A DNA stretch of 64,000 nt from Octopus sinensis. Taxonomy: Eukaryota. This document shows positions 24,879 through 39,151 of the stretch, piece by piece. Within the stretch, counting starts at the first letter, position 1; the number at the start of each line of letters is the position of its first letter. Where the stretch lies: assembly GCF_006345805.1 (NCBI RefSeq), contig NC_043021.1, forward strand, positions 5,146,001-5,210,000. The letters are read 5' to 3'. The notes beneath the pieces are model-generated. The model saw only the letters and a list, made by a program, of their open reading frames with translations, had not been told where the DNA came from and did no database searches. The translations under genes and the position numbers were made by a program.

Positions 24879-27800
24879 TTTCAATCATTGAACTACAGCC
24901 ATGCTGGGGCACTGCCTTGAAAGTGTTTGGTCAATCCCAGGACTTATTTTAAGTCCTGTACTTATTCTATTAGCATCTTCACCGAACTACTAAGTTACAG
25001 GTGATGTAAACAAACCAACACTAGTTGTCAAATCTTGTGGGGACAAACACAAAAGCACACATACACGCACGTATGTATACACCATGGGCTTCCACAGTTT
25101 CTGTCTACCAAATTCACTTACAAGGCATTGGTCAGCCTGGACTGTAGAAGATACTTGCTCCCGAGTGTCACCCCCTGGGGACTGAACTCAGTTGCTCATG
25201 CTTGCAAAGCAAATTTCTTAACATCATAGCCATGCTAAGTTTTTGGGGGGTTTTTTTAATCCTTGTATGACAAAACACAATTGACTTTGTGGGTCATGGT
25301 GGAATGGAAATGAATTGGAACCTGCTTTTTTTTTTGTTTACTTAGGACTGATGGAACCATTTCCCAACAGTGACATCCCTGGAATTTTGTTTTCACTATT
25401 TTTGACATTGTTTTGGATAAAATCTAGTGGTTGTTTTACCTCCAGTAAACCTTGAGGAATACATTTAACCGACTCCATAATAAGCTTGTTAATCTGAAAA
25501 TCTCTGCCAGATTAGGTGTTATCTGGAAGGAACCATCTCACAGATCGACTTGATCTAGCTTGGTGCCATGTGGTGATGTCTTAGTTTCTTTGCACAAAAC
25601 ATCCACAACAAGAATATCTTTTTGAGCCCCACTTATCACAAAACCAAGTGTTGCCTCTGTGGTAGCACCAAGTAGGTTTGCTGTTTATAGCCTGTTGTAA
25701 TATTCCTGGCAAAAGAACATTCTCAAGCATTCTAGCCGTTCTTAGATTGGATACTACAGAAGGAGCTCCCTGTGAGTAATCCCAGAAATCCAAAGATTTG
25801 TTTTTTGAGTTGGAGAAATCCTTTAGATAAGGAACAAGGATTCCTTGTCCACTTTCTCAGTTTCTGCATGATTCTAATATCATTAACGACTATTTTAATG
25901 AAGACTAGCAGCAAGATGTTGGTAATGTCTTTCTCTGTGATTGATGCCAAGCATCCTAAATCATGCAGAATTGACCAATTTGCAAATCTCAATTGAACAG
26001 CACTGCTGGCAGCTGCTATTAAACGCTTGCAACCCCAATCTTCCAGGTAGTCCTGGTTTACTGGGGATCCACCCTTGGCTGGTCCTTTTTGTGACTAAAA
26101 GGACCACCTTCACAATGATTTGGATCTTAACACAGTTGTAAATTAATAAAGTTGATTCAGTTTATATGTAGGAATCATCTGATACATGATGGCACACCAA
26201 AAAAAAATGCCCCCCCAAGACAATCTCCAGGGTTCGAGTTCCATCTTGGAGTTCATGCATAAAAGATATGGGTGATATCAGAGCCCTAAAGAGGTCAACC
26301 ATATATATAATTGATCCATTTGTCCTTATAGTAACTCCAAAAGATTCCCAAACAGTTTCCGTAAATCCCTATATGGCTACTACCATGTAATCGATCCAAC
26401 ATGGACTTCCTTCCAGAAGAGTAACTTTGATATGGTGTCCTAGTTTCGAAAGGAAGGTCAGGTTTGCTAGGGTGATTGGCAAAATTATACACGGGGGGGT
26501 ATTTGCCAGGTGAGCCAGAAGTATCCACTGCTTGAAAGTTCCCTGCAACTGCACAAATTTTCACCATCCTTGAACAGCATAAAAATCAGTTGACACATAA
26601 CTTTATGGATGTGTACGTAATGTTACGAAGGAGGTAGTTGATTGTGATTAGCCGAAAGGGTTTCAGCTGCTATTTTTGGCACCCAGTAATTTATAGTGAT
26701 GCTCCCTTATTGATGCACAAAATATTTATCTTCCCTGGCTTCATTTCATTCTGCCATGTGATGACAAATATGACCCAAAGAATGCTTTTTAAACAGCAGT
26801 AATTATACTAATGTAGTTTAAGATTGATTTATTTTGGTGGATTTGGTGGGCAAAGGGAAAAGATAAGCAAAAATACACTCACACACACAAACGTACACAA
26901 GCTGAGCACTGGCCCTTAATAGACTCTAAAGGGTTTCGGGAATGAGACCTAATTGTGCGTATATATAAACTCACTCACACACACACACTTTCATGTGCTG
27001 AGCACTCTTAGAAGACTATCAGAGGTTAGGGATATGCATATGTGTGTAGATATGGATACTATATACTATAGTATACTAATACTATAGGGATATGCATATG
27101 TGTGTAGATATGTTTTACATGTAATATAAATTCAGCCAAATGCACAAATAATCGGGTGACCCATGGAAGAATGTCTGATTCTCAGTTAACTGAAAATTTT
27201 TCTTTGAGGCGTTTACTTGTTCCTCCCGAAACAAAAATACATCACCACCAGCAACAACAACAAACTAAACAGATGATTAGCAAGCTATTTATCCAGGGGC
27301 CCATTTTTCTTCCCATCTCTTTATGGTTATATAAATTCTGTATATGGATGTGCAAAAAGAAGGCACCAACAATTATGGAATCAGAGTGCACACACTTATA
27401 TAGACAGAAAAACCACAGACACCTTTTTTTCTGGTTGGTGGTAACCATCCTGTCATTTTAAAAGTATGATTGATTGATTGATTCTAGTTTCAGCTCACGA
27501 GCTGTGGCCATGCTGGGGCACCGCCATTGGAATATATTATCCAGCATGTCCAGTCTTTTCCACCTAATTTTGGAGGAGGGGGGTGGGGTGATTTGGTTCT
27601 TTCTTAGTATGTGATCTTATAGGAACTAACTAAACCCCACCCACCCCAATTATTTAATGTGTCGGTCCTGCCTGGTTATTTTTGGTTCCAGTCACAACCA
27701 CAAATAGCAGCAGCAGTAAAAAAAAAAAAATTTTTTTTTTTAAAGATTTTCTGGGTAGCCACCTTTTACTTATTGTTTCCCCCCACCTCACCTACAGGTT

Positions 27801-28857
27801 TGTTCTACATGTTATTTGTTGCCTACAATAATAATATCTGTTGTTCTGAATTTTTTCCCTCTCCCCCACCACCCTTATATTTTTCCATTGAATTTTTTTT
27901 TTTTAATCCTATCCCCTCTAAAAAAAAAATTTCAAATAAAAGGCAATATACTACTTGCTTATACATACATACATACATATGTATATATGTATGTGTATAT
28001 ATACATATGTGTGTGTATATATATATTGTGTATGTACATACACACACAATGCGTGGCGTGTGTGTGTAATTTCTGTTGACTTTATTTTTTTATTTTTTTT
28101 TTAAATACAATTCTGTGGGAACATTCAAATGTACAACAACTACAAAAAAAAGAAATCATTAAAAAATAATATTGAAAAAAAAAAAAAATGTTTAAAAAAA
28201 ATGGCAGCTGCCAACCGCAACTTAGCAGAACTGACTGAACTGGTATCTTTGTTACACAGGCAAGTGTACTCCGATATCTACATACATATTTCACTTTCTA
28301 TACATACATATACACACACACCACTTCTACACATGCTTTCCTTCCTCTTACAACATTACCAATCAAAAAAAGAAACCCATGTGCATATATATATATAATA
28401 TATAAAATATATATATATATGTTTGTGTGTGTGTGTGTACATACATGAGTATATGTACATGCATACATAATGGAACTTGCAGGCAAGATTATGAACTGTG
28501 AACATTTAATAAACAGCAAAAATTTCACCCGGAATATTTTTTCCCCCCTCCTTGCAACTTGATGGACAATTCCCCCTTCCCCTCCCCCCTTGTTTTTTTA
28601 AAAAAAAAGGAAAAAAATCTGACTCCGCATCAAGTCATTTGTACTTTTTGACTGTTTGTTCTGGGCAGTTTTACCATTTTGCTTCAAGTGCTTCTGTTAC
28701 TTCAAAACACGGCAGAAGCATTCTCCCCCGTTCAATTACCAATGAGGTAAGTTGTACAAAGAATCCTTTGTCTTCTTCTTCTTCTATATCTGATCTCTCA
28801 GTATATATTTTCAGTTTCTGCCAGTTTTGCTTAGTTGTGATTCTCAGGGGCTTTGTT

Positions 28858-29229
28858 TCAACCCTTTCATTACCGTATTTATTTTGAGATGGTTGGCGTT
28901 AGGAAGGGCATCCAGCTGTAGAAACACTGCCAGATCAGACTGGAACCTGGTGCAGCCTTCTGGCTTCCCAGACCCCAGTTGAACCGTCCAATCCATGCCA
29001 GCATGGAAAGTGGATGTTAAACGATGATGATGATGTTCTGTGTTTCTTTCAATTACCTTAAATATAACAAAGAATGTAGTAAAATAACTTAGTTATCATT
29101 CAACTAGTGTTAGGAACACAAATTGTGACTAAGGTTTGATGGAAGATTTTAATTCAGAACTTATGAAAACAAGACATTTGTACTCAAAGCAAGAGCCAGT
29201 TTCCGCCTGGTTGGTAATGAAAGGGTTAA
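28858..29229. mobile_element. piggyBac-like MITE family 1, interrupted by a Meta-SINE fragment
   Basis: Ends aaccctttcattacc and ggtaatgaaagggttaa; SINE piece at 28890-29035 splits it; uninterrupted copies at 32309-32527 and 61911-62139. Confidence 0.7.
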
Positions 29230-32200
29230 ACTCCAATCCTTTCAAACATGGCAACCAGTTTGATTCTAACCCACCCAAGACCATCCTTGGTTCTATTCTG
29301 ACAAATCTCTTTTAATCTTTTAGCATTCAAACTGGCCTTATCAGGCCCAAATATTCTCCTTGTTTTTTTATGTTCAAACTGACCAGATCAGGCCTCTTGC
29401 ACCTACTTTACAATGTCACTTGTAAAATGAACAATCGCATCATTGAAATCTCAAAGCTATGAAATAATGTATGAGCAATTCAAAACAATGTAAATGAATA
29501 GGCATCACATTTGACGAAGTAATCTGAATGCTAAATGATCCAAACTTTTTGTTGATGTTCCATGTTAAAGGCTGGGAGTGCCAAGAGAATGGTTCATTTC
29601 AGTTAGACACAAGAACACTTGCTTTTTGCATTCTTATTAAGTTACTGTTGTTCATTTTATATTTTATTCTCCATCAGCAAGACGAATGACAAATGTCAAG
29701 AGCTATAGTGAAACTGAAATGATACTCCTTTCTGCCAAAATTTGTGTGTTGGGGGAGGTGCTAGTCTATTACATCGACTTCAGCAACATTTGAACTCAGA
29801 ATGTAAAGCTTATCTAATGCTGTAACTATTCTACCAGCTTGGAAATTTGACCCCAGCTGGGTTTGAACTCAGAATGTTAAGTAATGAAGAAAATTCCCCT
29901 GGTATTTTCTCTGATGTTTTAATATTCTAACTGTATTAAATATAGATGTTTTCGATCTAGTTTGGATTCTTTGCCATCAAATTTGAATTTTTCAATTGGT
30001 GCTCAAGCCTGTTTAAACCGGCCATATCTGGCCCAGATATTCTACATGTTTTATATTCAAACTGGCAATATCTAGCCTTTCACACCTAACCAACAATGCC
30101 ATTCTAAATATAAACAATCACATCATTGAAACCTCAAAGCTATGAGATAATGCTTGATTAATTCAAAACAATTTGAGTGAAAATGTATTATATTTAACAG
30201 AGTAATCTGAACACTAAAGGGTTAAACTACATCAGCCGTAATAGAATACATGTCTATCTTATCTAACTCATCCAGTAGAGCCCACCAATTGATATCTGAA
30301 AAGTTCAATGCTCTGTTATGTTGACCGGTCTGAACAAGAAGAGATAATAAACGAATGATTCTTTTTCTATTATGTTCCCCTGTTCAGACCGGTCGGAGTA
30401 ACGGAGCATCTTTTGGTAGAAGCTATCGCAGTGTTCATGAGTTATTTCATCGAACTTTTCAGATATCAATTGGTGGGCTCTACTGGACGAGTTAGATAAG
30501 ATAGACATGTATTCCCTTGAGCACCAATTGAAAAATTCAAATTTGATTGCAAAGAATCCAAATTAGATCGGAAACATCTATAATATTATCCATTCATAGA
30601 TTTTTTTTCTTTATCTATTTCTTCCTTTGTATTTATTTAATTGTTTTTTTTTTCTTTCTTCCTTTTGCAGAAGTTTATCTACTTCAGAGACTTTGTTAAC
30701 CCGTCTATAGAAATTCAACTACTCAAACAAGGATTTCCGATTCTTGGGCAATACAAGGAATTATGCAGTGCAGTGGCTTTATTTGCAAAAGAGATATATA
30801 GAGAGAGAGAGAGAGAGAAAAGCATGATTTGAGGATGCCAGGCAGAAGACGGGAAGAGTGGCGGGAAAAGAGTCACGGTTGCTAATTTTGTTGTTTTTTT
30901 TTTTTCAAACCTCAAATGAGACTGAGCTGGCATCATAAAAACACACGGCAACTGAAATTTCAAACTTTAAAAGCAAGCTGTAACTCCATCCTGCCATATT
31001 TTACTTACGATAAATCTCTCTGTCCCTTTTTTCTTCTTTTTTTGGTTGGTTGCATGGTTGTTTAAGGGGACTGGCTAGAAGCTAAGAAAAATCTCATTCC
31101 CACCCATCCAGTCATTTTTTGTTATATTTTGACATTATATGTTCTTATATATGCAGAGAGGAAAATTAAATTAAATTCACTCACCGCGAGGTCAACCACT
31201 CCGTTCTAGTGCCAGGAAGGCAGCGCATCTTAAGGGGAGACAACTCCCCTCAGTCTTAAGGGAGACAACTCATAATCCCTTCCCTCCTCACTCCCAAAAA
31301 GAAAAAAAAAAATTACCAGAAACTTATCAATAGCTTTTGATTTAAACTAAAACAGTAAAAAAAGAAGATACCTTCATACGTTTGGGTATTGAGTGAAGAG
31401 GGTAAATTATAAGATACCACAAAGAGAGCAGTACAATATTCTCTGAGATTGAGTTCTGCTCTTTATAATGTTTAAATCAAAGAGACATTACTGCAATGTC
31501 GGCAAAACATTATTTTCGTCAGTGAATTTGATTTTCTAATAGTTTCCCCAACATCAAAGAATATCAAATAAACTCTGAGGAATTAAAGAAATTGTGATCA
31601 TTATTTATTTATTTATTTTTTCATTCACTTATTTATTTTCATGTATTGCTTTTGTTATCTCTTTTTCTTTTTCTTTTTACAAGGAATGGAAGATTTCATT
31701 TGTCATTTGGTTTAAAAACCACCGGCTGACCATGGGGTGCCTTTTAATGGAGGGTTTTCCGTGGCAGATATTCAGGCACCAGGACTCTGGTCTGAAGACA
31801 ACTTCCTCCTATCGACCTCTGATGTTTTGGCAAGGGCTGCTTTTCTTGTAATCAATCCGCAGTTTATATATATGTATAACCCTTTAGTGTTTAAACCAGC
31901 CAAATCCGGCCCAATATATCTTACATGTTTTATATTCAAACTGGCGATATCTAGCCTCTCAAAGCTATAAGATAATGCATGATTAATTCAAAACAATTTG
32001 AGTGAAAAAGTATTACATTTAACAGAGTATTCTGAACACTAAAGGGATAAACATTATCAACCACATATAGTTAACATATGTTCTTTGTGTATTTGCTGGT
32101 AGGCTGTGAATTGGCATGGTAGAGAAAACTTTCTCAAAGTGCCAGGTGGTAAAACATTTGAAAGTCATAGACAGAAGTGATGATATATACAAAGTCCCTG

Positions 32201-32978
32201 TTGGGTATAAAGATAGGATATTTTCTGGGAAGCACTCAACCAAACTTCTTGGCTATTAAACACTGTTAGATTCCAGGCTGATACTGAAATTCAAGACAAA
32301 GAAATGCTTTAATCCTTTCGTTACCAACCCGGCTGTGGCTCTGTAGTACAAATGTCTTGTTTTCATAAGTTTTGAATTAAAATCTTCCACCAAACCTTAG
32401 TCACAATTTATGTTCCTAACAATAGCTGAATGATGGCTAAGTTATTTTAGTAAATTCTTTGTTATATTTAAAATAAGAGAAAGAAACACAGATCATCTCA
32501 AAATAAATACGGTAACGAAAGGGTTAACACATCTTTGGATGTGTCCGATGTTCCAAGTGCACTTTAAACATCCTTTTTAGATTTACTAACAACCATAACG
32601 GTGAGATCTACATCTGATCAGATGGTATGAACTTGTGTTTGACATAATTTCTCAGAAATTCTCTTACATTTTCACGGTTTATCAAAACCAATAATACTAC
32701 TTAGTACAGTAGTAGACGAATGACTAAGATTGGAAGATGATGATCTACATGGAGCTCTAAATTCAAACAGCAACAGTTGTCCATCTATTTGTAATCACAA
32801 ATATACTACAGGCAGCGGCTGCAGTAGCACAACTCATGCCTGAGTTTGGTTCATCTGATGACTTGGCTCAGAAGGCCAAGTTGGGGGTGGAAGTCTCAAG
32901 CATCGATCTCATGGCAGAACTGGTGGTGGTGGTCTTGGATGGAGTCGCCAGGCTTGTGCTGCCCTTTTCTTTTCTTGT

Positions 32979-33205
32979 TTAACCCTTTAGTGTTTAAACC
33001 GGCCATATCTGGCCCAAATAATCTACCTGTTTTCTGTTAAAACTGCCCAGATTTGGTATCTCACACCAACCTATAATGTCAATCTAAAAACAGGTGATAA
33101 CATCATCGAAATCTTAAAGCTACGAAATAATGCATGATTAGCTTAAAACAATATGGATGAATAAACCTTATATTTGACAGAATAATCTGAATGCTAAAGG
33201 GTTAA
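32979..33205. mobile_element. piggyBac-like MITE family 2
   Basis: TTAA-CCCTTTAG ... CTAAAGGG-TTAA; related copies near 29311-29535, 30010-30225, 31877-32050, 33901-34085. Confidence 0.75.
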
Positions 33206-36139
33206 GTCTTTCTCCTCTCCTCAAAAGTAGAACTGTCGAAATGAATTTGAATTGTTCTTCGCCAGGATAGATGATCAGCAACTTCTGTTTCCCATTATTG
33301 CAATAGAATAGTTTTGGTGAAGCACTGTGTGGTATTGTTTTAAAGAGATTTGTTGCATGAGGCCAAAACACTTCAAGAAGGCATAACGTAAACTACAAAG
33401 GATAATGAAACCAGGTTGCAGCTTTGCCTTGCATTTCTGTGTATCTTCATAACCTCAGAATACAGAAATACAAGATGTTTTTCTTTTATTTTTGTAGTTT
33501 ACTTTGTACTGTCCTGTATTTATTGTTCTGACTTTACACAACAAATCTTTTGAAAATATATATTAGCAACAGAGGTGATACTTATTATATATAATATGCA
33601 ATATTAGCTTAAAACAATATGGATAGATTTACTAACAACCGCAACAGTGAAATCTGCATCTGATCAGATGATATGAACTTGTGTTTGACATAATTTCTCA
33701 GAAATTCTCTTACATTTTCTCGGTTTATCAAAACCAATAATACTACTTAGTACAGTAGTAGACAAATGACTAGATTGGAAGATCATAATCAGTAGGTGTT
33801 TTGAGTCTTTCACCTGGTGCGTTTAGCCAGGTTTGATCAAGGCCCAGCTTGTGTCCAGCACTGCCCCTCAAGTGCCAGCACCTCTTAATCCTCACTCACT
33901 TTAACCCTTTAATGTTTAAATCAGCCCAAATATTTCACGTTTTATATTCAAACTGGCCACCTAACACCTAAGCTATTTTGACATTCTGGAAGTAAACAAT
34001 CACATCACTGAAACCTCAAAGCTATAAGATAATCCAGGATTAATGCAAAACAATTTGAATGAAGAAGCATTACATTTGACAGATTTAAGGCATCCACTGC
34101 TGCTTCTACAGCCAACTTGATGGCCTTCCCTGGTGGAGAGGTGAGTCACTGCTAGTGGTCAAGCATCCATCATTGACAAAACCAAAGAAGATCAAAATGA
34201 CATGATCTGGTGGTTTTGGTGCTGGAGATGGCATTTTGATGCATTTTGCTCCAAAAGCCAATATGAGAGTTTCTCTTGTAGTAACTACCACAAGTGGGGA
34301 TAAGTATTACCTCTCGATATTATACTTGCAACTATTATGTGCAAAAGAAGCAGTAATAAATAGCTGTGTATCATTTTTTTTTTATTGCTCACAAGGGGCT
34401 AAACATAGAGGGGACAGACAAACGGATTAAGATGATTACATTGACCCCAGTGCGTAACTGGTACTTAATTTATCGGCCCCGAAAGGATGAAAGGCAAAGT
34501 TGACCTCGGCAGAATTTGAACTCAGAACGCAGCGGCAGACGAAATACCACAAAGCATTTCGCCCAGCGTGCTAACGTTTCTGCCAGCTCGCCGCCTGTGT
34601 ATCATATTTCATTTGAATCCGTTACAAAAAGCAAATTTACTGCAATAGTCATCTGAAGATAATATCTCTTATAGACATGCTGTGTTTAAAAACACTATAT
34701 ATATATATATATAAGTAGCAGATGAAAATTATCCTGACAGCGAGTAGTGATGATGCTAGATAAACATTTCTGCCTCAGTGGGTAGGAGGCGGGGTGTCAA
34801 TAAAATCAGTGAATGAAGAATCATTGATATTAGGAATGGCCTAACTGCTGATATCTCTGGGTGAATACCACAGTAAATTTGTTCTTTGTAATGCATTTTC
34901 ATTGAGTATGATACTCATCAGGATATATTATACATGCTTTCAACTGTAAAAACTGGGATGTGACTTATCCATAAGTATGTATATATGTGTGCGACTATAC
35001 ACATGCACACACATATATATCTTCAAGGCTATGACAAAAGAGAATATACTGCCTTTTTATGACTCTGAAGGGGGGGACACTGCTTACGACATTTCTGTAG
35101 ACTGCTCCCGATTTATGGAATGGTGAGGTAAGAATCCACAGCTCCCTTCTTTTTCTATTTTTGTTGTAGGAAGCAGTGCACCAACCAAGATGTTTGAACT
35201 AGGATCCATTAAAAACTGAAAGCCTAACCATAGAACGGTGAGCTCATTCAAGTCTCAGGTGGTGGCCAACCAGTAGAAGAACCAAGTCCACCAGCCTTTC
35301 TATTCACTGTTTATATAAAGTTAACGTGGTTGCTTCTATGTAGAAACACTGCCAGATCAGACTGGGTCTGGTGCAGCCTCCTGGCTTCCCAGAACCCAGT
35401 CGAACCGTCCAACCCATGCTAGCATGGAAAGCGGACGTTAAACGATGATGATATATATATATATGGCCATAGCCTCGGGGTTAAAACATATAAAAGAATA
35501 CATATGAATGCTTTCCTTGATGTAGTGCTGGATTCAAGCTGGTCCCAAATAGTCACCTTCCTCACAAGACATAACAACACTTTGTACCTGCTCTTTACCA
35601 CTACTCCTGGTTATCAGTGTCACTACTGAGGAACATTTAGGCAACTCCAATCGAGCTATGATCATTGCCAATCTGTCTCTTATGGACAGAAACAAGCACC
35701 ATCACCACCTCCAAACCACTTGCTTCGACTGGAACTGTTACTGTGCAGAGTTACAATGTCCCAAACTGGTTTGAATTTTATGATTCCAGAGACATCAATA
35801 CTGTATTTCGAGACATCCTCAGTTCAATCTGGGCCACATGGGAAGCATCAGTATCATGCAAATGCCTTAAAAATGATTAAAGTGCAATTTGGGGGAGAGC
35901 AGTTGTTCGGCTTGCCTGGAAAGAGTGTTGTGATGCTGGACAGGAAAATAGACATAGAACAGGATTGAGAATATATATATATACACACACACATACGTAT
36001 ATATACATAGAAGGTTGAGAGTGTCTTAGCATCATTAAGACTTTTATCAGGTGCTCTCCAGCTATCTATTTAAAGCCGTATATGACAACGGTACATCCAC
36101 ACTTAGAGTTTGCATCACCAGTCAGGAACCCTTGTCTTG

Positions 36140-36830
36140 CTTAGCATACCAATCTCCGTGAAACTGTTCAGAAATATGCAACCAAGCAAATACCGACCAT
36201 CAGGCATTTACCATACTCTGAATGTCTTGCTTCCCTGGACTTGAACACATCAAAGTTCTGCCATCTGGCAACTGACTTTGGAGACATCCACCATCTTTCA
36301 ACAGCAGCCTTCGGCACTTTTTATATCTATTGGATTTCCTGAGAGTGTACCATCTTTTTCAAGGAGTGGCCCTATCCTACAGTGCACCGTAGCTGTTTCT
36401 TTGGCAAACTTGTAGAAAGCTCTGGGGTTAGATTTTATGTTGTCTATAGCCCAGGCTTCTTTGTCTGCTCTTTCTTTTTCATGGGAGAGTTGTAGACATT
36501 TTTCAATTTCCAACAGTTTTATTTTCAGGCGGGACTTTTCACTGCTTTCAATTTGTTTGTTTAGGTGATTTGAAACTTTTGTACACCGTCTCATTAGAAT
36601 TTTCCTCTCTGAGGATTTTGTTCTTGTGTACAGTGGCCTTTCTCTCTGGGACACATTTGTAGCATATGGCTTGCATTACAGACATGAATTGTTGAAGTTT
36701 CATGTCGATGTCTGGCGAGGAGAGACATTCAGGCCAGTTTTGTTTGAGGATCTCTTTCTCAATTTGTTTCCAGTTTGCCTTATGGAGGTTCAAGCTGGAA
36801 AGAACTGGGTTGATGACTTTGGTATGCTAT
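36140..36830. mobile_element. Two CR1-type LINE ORF2 fragments in opposite orientation
   Basis: Minus 36300-36830: NLHKANWKQI...IDNIKSNPRAFYKFAK...IGPLL (endonuclease-RT linker, frameshifted). Plus 36140-36295: decayed [19 protein letters not shown] motif. Confidence 0.75.
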
Positions 36831-37217
36831 TAATAGTTTTCTGGTTTTTCTATCTCAGTTTCTCAATTCACTGACCATCCAGTTTATTATGTTGAAGCTA
36901 TAATTTATGACTGATATGGCTCCCATATAATATATATATATATATATATACCACTAATATAGGATGAAGTTTTTTTACAGAAAAATATTTCATCAAAAAA
37001 TGTGGCAGCATATTAAAATACCTTTAAAGGTTAAAATTATAAACAACTTATAAACAAGGGCAAAAGAAAATTATTTCTATACCAATATGCTGATAACAGA
37101 CTTTTAAATCATCAATATTTCTGTAGTGGGTATATAACATGTGGAAATTGACGATTTAAAAGTCTGTTATCAGCATATTGGCATAGAAATAATTTTCTTT
37201 TGCCCTTGTGCATAAGT

Positions 37218-37263
<46 letters not shown>

Positions 37264-38345
37264 ATAGGCTTCTTTCAGTTTCCATTTACCAACCCCACTT
37301 GCAAGGCTTTCAGCTCGAGGCTATAGCAGAAGACACCAGTTGTAGATGCCGTACAGTGGTATTGAACCTGAAACCATGTGGTCAAGCAGCAAACTTCTTA
37401 CCACACAGCCATCCATGCCTGTACCTATAAACAGTCAAGAAATATTTTAAAAACAAAGCTAGACTTCTTTCTTTTTTTTTCTTTCTTATTAGATTCTAAA
37501 TGAAATAATAAAATTCATTCAATCCATTTTTTAAAACAAAAAGGAAAGACAACCATGAAATATTTACTTAATGCATCTGGGTTTTTCAAGTGTGTAAAAT
37601 GTTTTGGTTTTAATTTATACATAAGAAGTGTGTATGTGTGTGTGAGAGTATATGTGATATATATATATATTATATATATATATATATATATGATATACAT
37701 ATATATGATATATATATATATGATATACATATGTGATATATATATATATATATATATGATATATATATGTGATATATGTATGTGATATATGTATATGATA
37801 TATATATATGATATATATATGTGATATATATATATATATGCTATATATATATAAACAATAAATATTCTGTCTCAGACAAAGAATAAATGCAAACATTTTG
37901 TAGTGTGCGTGTGAATATGTGTCTGTTGTGTACATGCATACATGTGTCTGTGTATATGTGTATATATATGAGTGTATGTGAAAAAAAAAACAAAGAATCA
38001 ATGATTGGGAGTGGGGCAGGTAGAGAGGGGAAAATAAAAAATTAAAAGAAATCTTGTACACAGGGATGGGACGAGTGGAGGTATGTGATTTTGTGATTTT
38101 GTGAAAGAAGAGTTTGTTCCAATGTTTTGGGTTGGTTAATGAAAACTTACAGTAAAAGAGATGTTTTGATGCTGATGTACTATTTTTTTTTTTCATATTT
38201 AAGAAATATTTTTTTTTTTACTGTATTTCAGCTGTGTTCATTTTTGATTAAATTCATTGAAACCATTGTTTTTTTTTTAATTTTTCTTTTCCATATTGTA
38301 AATTTTCTTTCTCCCGTCTTTCTTCAATACAAACACAATAGTTTT

Positions 38346-38384
<39 letters not shown>

Positions 38385-39103
38385 TATTGTTTTTCCTTTA
38401 AGCCGAAGGATGCAAGAGTGTAGGAAGTTGTACATTTATCGACCCTAAGGTCAATTCTTTAAAAAAAAAAACAAAAAAAAAACAAGGAACAAAAAAAAAG
38501 AGCATTACAAGCCACCAAGACCTCACAGAGTGACCAGACACAACAGTGGACATTCTTACAGATGAGAACTCAATTAGAACCCTTGTCCCTCTGCTTCCTG
38601 CTCGTGTTTGCTTTTGTCGCTTTTTTCTCAAACTTCAAATGTCTTTAAACCTTCACATGTCAATAAATTTTTAAAGTCTGTTTGCATATACATGCATTGG
38701 GGGCAGTTGGAGGAGTGGTGCATGTCGGTGGGGGTTGTCTCTACACATATGTGTGTGTGGGGGAATATACGTTCATACGTGTGTGAAACAGGATGAACAG
38801 AACACCATGCAGTATATGTGTCTCTATGTGTATGCAGATACATATGTGTATGTGAGTGTATATAAATGCGAGAACACATAGCTTAGTGGTCATGGTGTTG
38901 CACTTGTGATATATATATATATATATATACATACACACACACATGTATATATACATATATATACTCATATATATATGTATGTATATATGCACAAATATAC
39001 GTATATATATACACACACATATATACATATATACACATATATATGTATATATACATATATACACACACACATATATGTATATATATTTATATATTTGTAT
39101 ACA

Positions 39104-39151
<48 letters not shown>

